A stretch of DNA of 64,000 nt from Utricularia gibba (lineage: Eukaryota; Plantae; Magnoliophyta), in assembly GCA_002189035.1 (NCBI GenBank), contig NEEC01000029.1, forward strand, positions 248,001-312,000. The letters are read 5' to 3'. The position numbers were made by a program, and so were the translations under genes. The notes under the pieces were generated by a model. It did not search any database. It saw nothing but the letters and a program-made list of their open reading frames with translations, and had not been told where the DNA came from. Positions 26,320 through 39,486 of the stretch are shown in pieces (the first letter of the stretch is position 1; each line of letters starts with the position of its first letter).

Positions 26320-27608
26320 ATGATGCTCTTCCCATGGAGGCGTAACAGAGGCGGAGGAAGAAGGCGAGATTTTGGGTCGAAAGGGGGAATGGAGATCACC
26401 ATTCCGCAGCATTTCATTTGCCCAATAACCCTAGATTTGATGCGGGATCCGGTGACGCTGTGTACGGGTGTAACCTACGATCGCGAGAGTATTGAGAGAT
26501 GGATTGAGTCTGGGAACGTGAATTGTCCGGTTACGAATCAGGTTGCCACGAATTCGTATCCGATTCCGAACCATGTTATACGAAAGATGATTCAGAATTG
26601 GTGCGTTGAGAATAAGTCTCACGGATTTGAGAGGATTCCAACGCCGCGGGTTCCGGTTACGCCCCATGAAATCTCTGAGGTTCGATTGAAAATGGCGGCG
26701 GCTGCGCAAGATGGGGATGGCAGGAAACTTGGGGAACTGGTTTTAAAGGTGAGGAATTGGGGAATGGAAAGTGAAAGGAACAAAAGGTGCATTCTTGGAA
26801 ATGGGGTAGGTTCTGTCCTAGCATATTCGTTCAATTCTTTCGCTGGCGTTTCTGGAATGCGGATTTGGGTCTTTTGAAAGAGATACTCTCTTTATTGACA
26901 TGGCCTTTTTCATTTAGTTCAAAAGATGTTTCGCATTTGAAGTCTTCAGTTTCTCTGGGATTCATTGCTGGGTTTCTGAAGGAAGATGATCTATCAGCAA
27001 AACAGAACGCCATTTGTTTACTTAAGCATCTGGTTTCTGTGGATGATAAAATCCTCTTGGAAATCGAAGGTATTGAAGAAACGTTAGTCAACATCCTCAA
27101 GCTCCCAATTTCCTCCCAGTCCACCATTAATAGCCTCGTAATCATCCACCACATCCTATCATCATCTTCTTCTCAAAAGACTGCTACTGCTTTCATCGAA
27201 TCTGGACTGATTGCCTCGCTCCTCGAGATTCTAGTCGATGGAGACACACTCGTCTGCGATAAGGGTCTATCGATTTTGGATAAGATCCTCAGCTGGGAAG
27301 AAGGAAAAGCAAGTGTTTGTCAAAATGAGTTGGCGGTTCCGTTGCTCGTGAAGAAGATTTCCCGCGTGTCAGACGCGGCAACGGAGATGTGCGTGTCGTG
27401 TATTTGGAAGATGAGCTCGGTGGATGATGTTCTGGATGAAGCCGTGAGGCTTGGGCTGTTCCAGAAGCTGCTGGTGGTGCTGCAGATTGGTTGCGATGAA
27501 AGAACCAAGGAGAAGTCGAAGGAACTGCTGAAAACCATGAATTTGTTGTATGGAGACGATCTTGATTGCTTTGAACCGTCCATGGCGTTACAGTATGTGA
27601 AAAGGTGA
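26320..27608 (+). CDS. U-box/ARM E3 ubiquitin ligase, PUB21/CMPG1-like, with one apparent 1-bp frameshift near 26854
   Basis: U-box (IPQHFICPITLDLMRDPVTLCTGVTYDRESIERW...CPVTNQ) in ORF 26275-26877 continues as ARM repeats in ORF 26787-27608. Adding one G joins them. Confidence 0.9.
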
Positions 27609-28422
27609 ATTGATTGCTTTGAAAACCATGAATTTGTTGTACAGATGATTGTTTACAGATTTAGACAACAACCTCGTCCTTGGGCCACCCCTGCCATTTC
27701 CATCGTACGTTGTAGCATACATACGGTTTTGGTTTCATTGTAAAGACGTGGACTTTTCCGCTTAACAGTGATGATCATCGAATTATCGCATTTTCTGATT
27801 TTAACTCCAAAATCGCTTGTTTTCGACACTGCAGATTTTTCTGATAACTCGGTATATGATCATCCAAATTGTCTTTATTCAGCTTTTTTCACATCTTTCT
27901 CGATTAGGACAAGCAGAAAAAGATTTCAAGACATTCAACATGAGAAAAGTTTAGGAATTGGGATAAAAGGATGGTAAGAGAACAGTTCGATTTCAAATAG
28001 AAATCACGAACCTGCTTTTTTTAGTGAAAGCTCGGAGGTTGAAACGTAAGACATTTCACTTGCTGTAAAAGCAGCTATTAATTCCAGTTGGACACGGCAC
28101 GATAGCATGTGAATCCGCATAATAATTGTCCGGATAAATAAGATGCAAAGAACAGGTTTGGAGGATCCGGGTGGAGGGTTCCAGATTTCCCTAATCTTGT
28201 AGCAGTATTGATGCTTGTAAGTTTGTTTTGATATGTTTAATCACTTGGTTTTTCTGGGCACCTTGAAATTTCCATCTTTGAATCATTCCGTGTTGGAAGG
28301 AACAAACCCAGTTTCTGAATTTTGGTATTCCCCATTTTTTTTCTCCGGCAGCTGATCCGAAGAGCAAGAACACATCTTCTTTTTGCTTCTGGATTCTGGA
28401 AGTTTAGAAATTGGGATGAAAA

Positions 28423-30527
28423 ATGGCATGCGATCTCGCGCAGATGTGGAATTTGAGCGGTTTACTAGCTGCTTTTCTTGATCTTTGGATTGCTTATGTC
28501 CTGCTCTGCGCATCATCATTAGTTTTCTTGATTTCAAAACTAATGGGTTTCTTCGGTTTGCACTTGCCATGCCCTTGTAGTGGGATTTTCTGCAGCAGAC
28601 GCTTATGCCTGAACAGACTCTTAGTTGATATCCCAACATTGAAATTAGCAGAAGTTCAACTCGCTGTTAAGCAGAAGTTTCCATTCTGTGGTTCTGCTAA
28701 TCAACAATGTAACAATGATCAAAGACCAGAGAATGACACTTTCGGGAATAGGGTTTTTGGCGTGGAACATGAAGCATCTTGCAGTCCTTCTGATGGCCTA
28801 GATCCAGGGGATATGGAGAAGTATGATATGAAGCGTAAAATCGGAGACACGCATCAGTCGAGGAGTCGGTTGAGTTTGCTGAGAAAGGGAAGCTTTCTTC
28901 AAGGGAAGCGCTCCTTAGCTCCTGTGGAGAGCACCTCGAGGGTTGATGACAGTGACCTTGGAACTAGTGATTCTGTGAGCGATTCTTCGGATGATGATTG
29001 GTACACGACGCAAAAATCCGAATCACAGATGGGTAATCTGGGAGACACTGGCTGTTGCAGTGGAGACGAGAGAAATTATGTGAAAATTTTGAAACAGGAA
29101 CTTGATGCAGAGCGTAGGGCTCATGCTGCTCTTTATGCAGAGCTTGAAAAGGAGAGGAGTGCGGCTGCAAGTGCTGCAGAGGAGGCCATGGCAATGATTT
29201 TACGGTTGCAGGAGGAGAAAGCATCCATATACATGGAAGCTCAGCAATCCCATAGGATAGTCGAAGAAAAGTATGCATATGATGCTGAAGAAATCAGCAT
29301 TCTCAAGGAAATCCTTGTGAGAAGGGAGAAGGAAAAGCATGTTTTGGAAAAGGAAGTGGAAGCATATAGGCAGATGGCTTTTACTGATGACACCGATCCG
29401 ATGTTGTTTCTCCATGACATTGTTGCATCTCCTAACAATAAGGTAACACAACTTACCTGGTGGCATGTTGTTGTTGTTGTATCCAAGATCCTTGTTTTTA
29501 GCCTTTTTATTGATTGGATCTTGAATCAACTCCAGGATCCACAGTATACTTCGAACAGAAGAGACTTCGATGGAAAATCAGAAGGGATGTCAAGTTGCAA
29601 CAGTGGAGGCCCTGAACTTCACGAGAAGGAGATCATATCTGTAAGTAATCCCATTCAGTATACCTCAATGGAGGCTAATGAATTAGAGCAAATTGTAGAA
29701 ATCAACGTTGGCTGTGAAATGGGTGAGAAAATTATAGAAACATGTAGTGGAGGCTTGTACTCATATCCTGGTTTGAAGCCAGCCGAAGTCTGTGATTTAA
29801 GCACCCATATTAGTAACTCAAGTTTCAACAAAAGCAGAGAGAATTCAGAGATGGTTCATGGTCTCCCACATATTGCCTCCAATCTTTTACCACCTTCATT
29901 GGATAGAAAAATGGGTGAGATCCATGGTGAACTAGGACTTCTTCAAGAAAGACTAGAACTTATTCAGAAAGGAAAAGGGAGACGTCGGTTACCCGGTGAT
30001 ACTCAAGCTCGGGATAACATGCTATCAGACGATTATGCTACGACGCTTCGAGCAGCTCAACCAGTAACTGAGCCTCGACAAGCTGTGAGGCCACGGTCTT
30101 TGTCTCTTCCTTCCACAAAGGTAACCTCTCATGTGCTGTTTAGTTAATACGCCTCCCCGTGGTTTGCTGAGATTATTTCCCCATAGGCATACTCGAGAAA
30201 ATGATGGAGCAGAAGCCTTTCCTTGAACATCAAAGGCTGGCCAAAGATGCATTCCTTCATGTTCCTCAGGAGGAAAAGATGCAGCGCATTCACTTTTCAT
30301 TGTCCTCAAAAAATAGAGGAAGGTACTACAACAGACTGATGGTAATGACATGGAAGATGAGCATACCGAAGGAGCATTTATTTGTGTTCTCATACCTTCG
30401 TCTTATTCTGTAGTAGTCAACTGAAATTGTGCAGTTGCTTGGTGTCTCACGGTGGCCTTGCTGTGTTCGATGGAAGCTTCCACTGATCTCTGTAAATACA
30501 TGGTGTGTACAGAAAATGCACATTTGA
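28423..30527 (+). CDS. GTD-binding (DUF593) myosin-binding protein, MyoB-like
   Basis: N-terminal hydrophobic segment plus LPCPCSG, and the coiled coil ELEKERSAAASAAEEAMAMILRLQEEKA...VEAYRQM. The 3' exon structure is uncertain. Confidence 0.85.
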
Positions 30528-30891
30528 GACCTCAGCGTTCCTCCGCGAGGTGTCTACGAATCTGCAAACAGCAACGGAAACTTAAATAGGACATGATATC
30601 ACGAAGCCATGCCAGAATCAGTAGAATCTGGGGGCGGATTTGGGCGATCACAGATATCGCCAATGGCGAAAGTCTTCGCTGCGTGCCACATACGTACGCT
30701 CTAAGCTCTATGGCGCGGCGCGTGAAGCGAAACCGACGACCTTGAAAATATAAGAAAACCTATGATGCCTTATCAAGGAAAAAAACCTTTTTTTGTGAGT
30801 AGGGTATGGTGTGTCTTCATTAGGATTGGCGTCTGTCATTTCACCACTCATACTCCGGTGTCGTCAAATCAACTCTCACAGGAACCGGGTG

Positions 30892-32318
30892 ATGGCGCTT
30901 CCGAAGGGGAACTGGGTTAAGGTAAATGTTCAATCCCCTTCAGATTTAACTCTTCTATGCTTTGATTGCAAGATTTGGGGCTTTCCTATGCTGGGTTCCT
31001 TCAAAAACTGGATCTTTGTGTTTCTTCTGCTTCGTCGTGAGTTGGGTTTTTGTTCAGAATCTGAGTAAATATTGAATTGGTATCTTGATAAGGAAAAAGT
31101 GCGTGTTCGATCGGTTGATTCATGATTGCCTTAGGATTTGCTTCGCAATGCTTATTTTATATCGCTTGTTGCATCTCTTCCTACAAGCAGACTCGTCCTT
31201 GTTGCATGAATGTAGATTTTTCGTGAATAAGACTTTAAAAAGTGATTTTGTATAAAACTGCGTTATCAGCGCAATGTAATTCATGCTATAATCTATAAGA
31301 AAGATGCAGATTTGGCACATACTATCTGCTCTCGCTGAATTCTTCGTATTGATCGAATGTTTGGTGGCTATTGGTATCTAAATACGCAGCTGGAACAAAG
31401 AGGGACTGGCCCTGGAGCTCGAAGTTCACATGCTATAGCAGTTGTGGCAGACAAGGTTTATGCATTTGGTGGGGAGTTCAATCCCAGGATCCCTGTGGAT
31501 AACCATCTCTATGTCTTCGATCTCGCCGATCAAACATGGCGCATCGCCGATGCTAAAGGGGATATTCCTCCACCTCGTGTTGGAGTATCCATGGCATCTG
31601 TTGGGAGACTCTCTACGTTTTCGGAGGGAGAGATCGAGATCACAAGGAGTTGGGCCAACTCTATAGTTACAACACTTCAACTGATACATGGACCCTCCTC
31701 CCCTCCGGTCCACCTCCTCGAAGCTACCACTCGACGGCGTCTGATGATCGACGGGTATATGTCTTTGGAGGGTGTGGAGATGCAGGAAGGCTAAAAGATC
31801 TTTGGGCTTTTGATGCCCTCGACGGAAAGTGGATCGAGTTCCCATTACCGGGTGAGGGGTGTAAGCCAAGAGGCGGACCAGGGCTGGCTGCAGTGCTCGG
31901 CAAAATCTGGGTTGTGTACGGCTTCTCCGGCGTGGAGCTTGATGATGTCCATTGCTTTGATCCCAGTGAAGGAAAATGGGTCGAGGTCACAACAAGTGGC
32001 GAGAAGCCGACTCCTCGAAGCGTATTCTCGACTTTCGGATCGGACGAATACATCTTCGCATACGGCGGAGAGGTTGATCCAAGTGACTTGGGCCATCTGG
32101 GAGCAGGAAAGTTTGCGCAGGAGGTCTACGCACTCAACACTAAAACGCTTGTGTGGACAAGGTGGGATGACGGCGCCGGCGAGCATCCAGGGCCACGAGG
32201 ATGGTGTGCATTCTCCGGCTGCCAGCACAGCGGCAAATGGGGGCTACTGGTCTACGGTGGGAACTCGCCCTCCAATGATAGGCTTGAAGACCTGTTCTTC
32301 TTCAGCCCGGGTAACTGA
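30892..32318 (+). CDS. Kelch-repeat protein, nitrile-specifier protein 5-like, with one apparent 1-bp frameshift near 31604
   Basis: [10 protein letters not shown]|[15 protein letters not shown]...[10 protein letters not shown], then (after the shift) LYVFGGRD...PPRSYH...VYVFGGCG...PGPRGW...[17 protein letters not shown]. Confidence 0.88.
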
Positions 32319-32755
32319 AGTGCCGGTATGGAAGTAAAGATGGTGTTTATGACTCGCTGTGTGGTGCGTGAGACTGGTTCTTCATTATTACATGTCCGTG
32401 TGGGTGGTGCAAGAATAAAGGACAAGACAAACCGGGAGCGTTGCAGCCACTTGATCAACTAAACCTCCCCCTGTTCCATACATCTCTTCATTTTAGCAAA
32501 GAACCTAGATGTATTTACCGAAGCACCCTTCGTGTTATACAACTGAGAAAAACAAGGATCGGGGCATTTAGGTAAAACCGCATGTTAATGAGCCATAGTT
32601 TAGCACTTTCCGAAATTAAAACAAAAAAATTGAGACAATATCTAGCCGTTGAAGATGGGGGAGCAGAGTTAGCTGTGGTGTACCGGAGGGAGCAAGGGAA
32701 CTAAGAAAATTTACAATGGCGGAATGAGCTTGGGAAGAGAAGGCGTTCATCTTCT

Positions 32756-33093
32756 TCATTCTCCTCTAGCACATCTCGTGATGACCTGGCAACCGCGGTT
32801 GTAGAAATTGGCGACGCCGTGTTCCCTACAGTTGTAATACGAAGCTCCAGGGCGATCGCACGGCACCAAATCCCTGATCAGAGTATCGTAGCTGATGAAT
32901 CTCCTCCCCATTTCCAGCAGCCTCCGCCGATTGCTCTCGGGATCCGCTGTCTCTACTTCCTCCACCGCCGCCGGGGGGGCGCGGGATCGAATTTCTCGCA
33001 TTTCATGGGTAATCCTCCGATTTGGAGGAAATAAAGCAATGCGAACAAGACGGCGAAAATCGATCGCGTTTTGAGCTTAACGGCGGCGCGCAT
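32756..33093 (-). CDS. RALF (rapid alkalinization factor) peptide precursor, with one apparent 1-bp frameshift in the C7 run at 32973-32979
   Basis: Signal peptide MRAAVKLKTRSIFAVLFALLYFLQIGG. After the shift: ESNRRRLL (dibasic site), FISY, CDRPGASYYNC, NRGCQVITRCAR. Confidence 0.9.
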
Positions 33094-33733
33094 TCTGGAG
33101 AAACGGACGACTTCCTGGTTGGAATGGAGATCTCTGAGCGCTTGCCTGTGGAGGATAAAAAAAGGGTGACAGTGTGAGAAAAACTGGATATTTCTTTCAA
33201 GGCATGAAGGGGTAAATAGAAGGAACTCATAAAGACGCTGCAGAGATGCAGAGCAGGGTACGCGCGTGCCTCCACCGCTCTCTCTGATTGGATTGCCATG
33301 GGCCTCACTTGCAAGTTTGTTAATGGGCTACCGACACTCGTACCATATGGCCCGTGGGCCGAAGAAAACTATATATACGCCCCATATATTCGAGTATAAA
33401 AAAATATATTATCGCGTTCCATTTTTAAATTTATCAGTATCAGAATTAGAAGTAAAAAAATAAATTTATATAAATTCAATAAATTATTTTTTAGAAATAT
33501 TATAAAAATATTTGTATTATTTTTAAGATTTTAAAAATAATAATTATTTTTTATTATAAAACACGTGAGGTGAATCTTCACCAGCCAAATATTTTTACCT
33601 ACCGCACGGGGCTATAACGTCCATTCACTGGAAACCTTGATCCTCTTCATAAATGGACGCCATTCGTCCCACTCTTGCGTTTGCATCGCCACGATATTTA
33701 TCACCCAACCTTCGTCCACCGCAGTCGCTGAGA

Positions 33734-35806
33734 ATGGATCCTGTTTCCAAGTGGGGAAACGCTCCTCTGTCCACCGTCGATCCGGAGATTCACGATCTCA
33801 TCGAGAAGGAGAAGCGCCGCCAATGGCGAGGAATCGAGCTCATTGCTTCCGAGAATTTCACTTCCTTTGCGGTTATCGAGGCTTTGGGAAGCGCCCTCAC
33901 GAACAAGTACTCCGAGGGGATGCCTGGTAATCGATACTATGGGGGAAATGAGTATATTGACGAGATCGAGAATCTCACTAGGTCACGCGCTCTTCAGGCT
34001 TACCGTTTGGATCCAACCAAATGGGGAGTCAATGTGCAGCCCTACAGTGGATCTCCGGCGAATTTCGCTGCCTACACGGCGGTGTTGAATCCCCATGATC
34101 GGATTATGGGGCTTGATTTGCCGTCCGGTGGGCATTTGACACATGGCTATTATACTTCTGGAGGGAAAAAGATCAGTGCTACTTCCATATACTTTGAGAG
34201 TTTGCCGTATAAGGTGGATTCGAAGACAGGTTACATTGATTACGATAGATTGGAGGAGAAAGCATTGGATTTCAGACCCAAGCTGATTATCTGTGGAGGC
34301 AGTGCTTATCCCAGGGATTGGGATTACAAGAGATTCAAGGAGATCGCTGATAAATGTGGAGCGCTTTTGCTCTGTGACATGGCTCACATCAGCGGGCTTG
34401 TTGCTGCTCAGGTAACCATTCATTGTTTTCGGATCTGCGTGTGGTTGGAATCAGAGATCTGGTCGTGATAATGGCTAGTATTTCATCCTTCGCGTCTTAT
34501 ATGGTGTGTGATCTGGACGTGGGTTGCATGCTGTGTGTTTTGTTGCAAAGTCGTAGTTTATGCATGACGCCGTATCGGTTCACTGTCTGACATTATCCAA
34601 GTTTCAAATTTGAATCCAAGATCCAGTATTTGATCCTGAGATATATCTTACTGTCCCATATCGGATTATGCATAAAATGCATCATCAATCGAGTGTCATT
34701 ATGTGATTGTGATACTGCGTGGTTGTAGGAAGCGGCGGACCCTTTTGAATATTGTGACTTGGTCACAACTACAACTCACAAGAGTCTGAGAGGTCCAAGG
34801 GCTGGAATGATCTTCTACAGGAAGGGTCCAAAGCCAGCAAAGAAGGGACAGCCTGAGGATGCGGTGTATGACTTTGAGGATAAAGTCAACTTTGCCGTTT
34901 TCCCCTCTCTCCAGGGTGGTCCACACAATCACCAGATTGGTGCTCTTGCTGTTGCTCTGAAACAGGCAATGACGCCTGGATTCAAGGCGTATGCGAAGCA
35001 AGTGAAAGCCAATGCTGCTGCACTTGGTAACTACCTCATGAGCAAAGGGTACCAGCTTGTAACTGGAGGAACTGAGAACCATCTTGTTCTCTGGGATCTT
35101 AGACCTCTTGGATTGACTGGTAAGATTCAATATCCTGGCTTTTTCCAATAGGGGTTTCATCTATATTTTTCCAATGTGCTCATCGGCTTTTGTTCAACTC
35201 AGGAAACAAGGTAGAGAAGCTCTGCGACTTATGCAACATAACTGTTAATAAGAACGCTGTGTTTGGTGACAGTAGCGCATTGGCCCCTGGTGGTGTTCGC
35301 ATAGGTAAGAATGACCATGCACTTACTGTCTGTTTCCTTCTCCTAATTGTATGGAAGTAGTGACCGTGAGTATTTGATTTGTATCTGCGAATGGTTTCTA
35401 GCTGCCAGAATCTGTGATTGCTTTCGTAGCATCTAGATCAACTAGTTGGAGTCATCATGCTACTATGATGGATTCGCTGCATGAAACATTTGGTTGCTTT
35501 TTGGCGTCCTGATGAGCATCTAGCTTAAACCGCACCTCTTTGTTCCTATTTGTTGTTTGCAGGTGCCCCAGCCATGACATCCAGGGATTAGTGGAGCAAG
35601 ACTTTGAGCAAATTGCAGAATTCCTCCATCGTGCTGTGTCCATCACCTTGAAGATTCAGAAAGAGCATGGGAAGTTGCTGAAGGACTTCAACAAGGGTCT
35701 GGCGAACAACAAAGACATTGAGGAACTGAAGGCAGATGTGGAGAAATTCGCGTCTTCATTCGACATGCCAGGTTTCAATGTCTCCGAGATGAAGTACAAG
35801 GACTGA
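33734..35806 (+). CDS. SHM4: Serine hydroxymethyltransferase, cytosolic SHM4 type, with one apparent 1-bp frameshift near 35585
   Basis: MDPVSKWGN...ELIASENF...NKYSEGMPG...[12 protein letters not shown] (PLP-Lys motif). Four exons. Confidence 0.95.
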
Positions 35807-38138
35807 ACAGATCCTGCTGCTACTCACTCACCACACATTTCAGTCTCCCTTTTCTGGTCCATTTATTTGAGTTTCCAGTTCAACTTCCTCTAGTTTTGCT
35901 TTGGTTTTGGTAACTCTGTAGCTTTTTAGCTTCGGTTCGGAATGATGATTGATTACTTCAGCAACAACTACTTCTCTTGGGATGATGATCCATCCGTGTT
36001 CAACCAATGGATTTTTTTTACTCTGAGTTCAACCACATAATTCAAGATCTGGTTTTCTTTTTTTTATGGGAAATCACTCTTACTTAATCCTACCCGATCT
36101 CCTTTTTAGCCCAGATTGCTAGAAAAGAAAAAAGGGATTAAATGCGGAGTGGTGGTTTGTCCCTTGTTCCCTGCCATGTGCGCCCGCCTCTCGCAAGCAG
36201 GTGATGGATGGATGGATGAGGATCCAGCTGCAGCCCCAGGGAATGAATAGCCGCCCAAGGCTTCTTGCTTTCCCACTGCACGTCGCTTTCAACTCCCAGA
36301 CAAAACTCACATCCTCATTAATACCACCACCCTTTCCCTTTCCCTTTCGCTTCCTCCCCTGGGTTTGCGCCACTTGTATCTGGTTGAGAGGGTGCCCTGT
36401 GCATCTGTGTGATCCGATCCCATCGCACTATTAAAACAAAAAAAAAGTAATTTTGAGTGAACAACAACTACTCTATTCTTGCATCGGACCGGACCATGCA
36501 TGGGTTGTCTTAATTTGGTCCCCCTTAGACCACACTTACGCTAGCGATGATTTTCACACAACACTCTCCTAAAAAAAGGCCGTTTACTCTGCCAGATCAT
36601 CGAAATCACCCTCGAAACCCAATGATGGAAACCGCACGATGCCATCCACGTTCACGTAGCTTGCCTTCTAAGTGCTAGTACTAGTAGTTTTTCCCTTTTT
36701 TTTTTTTCTTGTTACATAATGGGTTAGACAATTCGGCGCACAAATATGTGGTTTATAGAAAAACCACGTGGTAGTTCGAAAAAAAAAATAATTTCATAAA
36801 AGGCTTCACCAATCTGATACAACTCTGTCGAATTCGAAGAAAGAGGAGGAGAAAAATATCCTATTTTTATAGTGAGGGCAAGCAGTAGAAAAAACTTCCA
36901 TGCCGACATTCTTCTCCCCATGCCTCTCTTGGACTGGCCTGCCCTTCAACTCCACTGGAAGATTCAACTTCGGCTGTGGCTATCTTGTCTCATAGCTGTT
37001 TCTATGTTACAAAAATATCTCAACCACATATCAACTCTTAATTTTGAAATAACTCAATAATTGGGGGGCCACTACATTCAACTTGCACTTTAAAATAATG
37101 ACATTATTGGGAAACGATGATGATTTTTTTTTGGCTCATATCAATGTATAATACATTAGAGCAAAACAAATTACATATTAAAATTTGAAAATAAAGAAAT
37201 TAAATATATAATAAATTACAGATTATTAATACTAATTTTTTAATATAATTTATGTTTATTGTGTATTTAGGTTTCATATGTATTCATCCGACTAATCGAA
37301 TCTTTCATTTCAACATAATATAAGAGCCGGCCTTGCTTATGCATATTCTGGTTTATGCCTCACCCTATTTAAATTATTCAACCCATCTTGTAGCAACAAC
37401 TAGATGATGATGAGTAGTAATGAAAGAACAAAGCATCATACTTGAATGGAGTTTAGATGGTTTTCCTCGGACTCGTTGGTTCTAGAAGGCAGGCCGAGTG
37501 TCATAAAAACCTTCTCTTTGTCGCACTTCAACATGTGGGGGATTTGCAAAAGGAGATTAAAAAAAGTAGAGGGGTCAATGTGTAAGGCAACGGGGTCAGA
37601 GTGTAATTTTAGGTAACATTCGGTCGCATGGACAACACACCCCCTAACATGATTGGTTGATTCTTCCTTCTGCCTTGTCTGAATAAACGGCACCGACACG
37701 ACAGCTGGCCGGGGGTGGTTTCCACGACAGTTTATTTAGAAAAAAAATAATATTAATTAATTACCTGATTGCGGTTTACTTTTCTCAATCACTCTCAACA
37801 CTATCTACCATCTTATAAAATAATGATAAATAACTAAAAAAATTGTTTCCAAAATTGACAGCGTAACGATACTGATTAGACAGACATTGGGTAAGTAACA
37901 AGGGAGGATTAGGCCGTGTACGGATGGGATGTTCCCGGATAGAGATGGTGGAAATGGAATACATGTATTTCTTTTTTTTTAATTAAATATTTATTTATAG
38001 GTAATTTTGGGCACCGACGCTCTTCCTTCTTCTTATTTATAGTGGCGGTGTTTGGTTGGAGAGGGCAGGGGTTTCGAAGAAGCCCCAGGATTTTGTTTAT
38101 TGGTTTTTTTAGAAGGAAGGGAAAAGGGAGAACCACGA

Positions 38139-39486
38139 TGCAATACCACGCGATCATCGGAGGTGGGGTGTCGGCGGCGGATAGCAGCAAAACGGCGAAG
38201 CTAGAGAGGTACAATAGCTACCTGCGCCGCCTCAACACCACCAGTTTCCTCAACGCTTCCTCTAAGCTGCTCTTCCGGGTCACTCTCATCGCCACGCTCA
38301 TCCTCATCTTGTTCTTCACTCTCAACCATCCGCCGCTGTCCGGAAACGACGGCCACCACATTCACGCCACCAGTAGCCTACTCTCGTCGGCGTTCTACGG
38401 AGGCGGAGCGGCCTGGGAGAAGCAAGTGCGTCACTCGTCGACGCCACGGCGACCGGACGGGTTCTCTGTGCTAGTTACTGGCGCCGCCGGATTCGTTGGA
38501 TCCCATTGCTCACTCGCCCTGAAAAAGCGCGGCGATGGCGTTCTAGGGCTGGATAATTTCAATTCCTACTACGATCCATCGCTGAAGCGAGCGAGGCAGA
38601 ACCTGCTCAGCAGACATCAAATCTTCGTTGTCGATGGAGACATCAACGACGCGCAATTGCTCCAGAAGTTGTTCGACATCGTGCCGTTTACGCACATCCT
38701 GCATCTCGCCGCGCAGGCCGGAGTCCGTTACGCGATGCAGAATCCGCTGTCGTACGTGAATTCCAACATCGCCGGCTTCGTGAATCTTCTGGAAATCGCG
38801 AAAAAAGCCGATCCACAACCAGCGATTGTCTGGGCTTCTTCGAGCTCCGTCTACGGATTAAACACACAGGTGCCTTTCTCGGAGCTCCACCGCACAGATC
38901 AACCGGCGAGTCTGTACGCCGCCACGAAAAAGGCGGGCGAGGAAATCGCCCACACCTACAACCACATCTACGGCTTATCCCTGACCGGGCTCCGTTTCTT
39001 CACCGTGTACGGACCTTGGGGGAGGCCGGACATGGCGTATTTCTTCTTCACAAAGGACATCCTTCAGGGGAAAGGGATCAACGTGTACGTGACGCAGGAC
39101 GACACCGAGGTGGCGCGTGACTTCACCTACATCGACGACGTGGTAAAAGGCTGCATCGGCGCCCTGGACACCGCCGAGAAGAGCACCGGCAGCGGCGGAA
39201 AGAAGACCGCGCCGGCGCAGCTCCGCGTCTACAACCTCGGGAACACCTCCCCGTGTCTGTGGGGAAACTCGTGGGTATCCTGGAGAGCCTCCTGAACGTG
39301 AAGGCGAAGAAGCGCGTGATCAAAATGCCCCGAAACGGCGACGTTCCCTTCACCCACGCCAACGTCACCCTGGCGCAGAAGGAGCTCGGCTACAAGCCGA
39401 CCACGGATCTGGCTTCAGGACTACGGAAATTCGTCAAGTGGTACGTTGGGTATTACGGGGTGGAAACGAGGGCAAAAAAGGAATAA
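38139..39486 (+). CDS. GAE6: UDP-D-glucuronate 4-epimerase, GAE6-like, with one apparent 1-bp frameshift near 39253
   Basis: KTAKLERYNSYLRR, VLVTGAAGFVG, LAAQAGVRYA, YAATK (SDR YxxxK). The C-terminus continues in ORF 39253-39486. Confidence 0.92.

Noticed and set aside
2986-35806. Apparent functional clusters: PsaF with Y3IP1 (PSI), GDH2 with SHM4 (C1 metabolism), AAH with two KUPs (nutrient uptake)
   Set aside because: The genes are far apart and interspersed with unrelated ones. As I recall, several homologs are also neighbours in Arabidopsis, so ancestral synteny is the simpler explanation (unverified).
35941-36030. Possible C/D-box snoRNA (TGATGA...TGATGA...CTGA)
   Set aside because: Weak terminal stem, no clear D' box and no recognisable rRNA guide. 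It is more likely SHM4 3' flank; snoscan or Infernal would settle it.
36119-37720. Long intergenic region with short ORFs and possible miRNA hairpins
   Set aside because: No match to conserved miRNAs I recall and no convincing fold-back. It is probably GAE6 upstream regulatory DNA.
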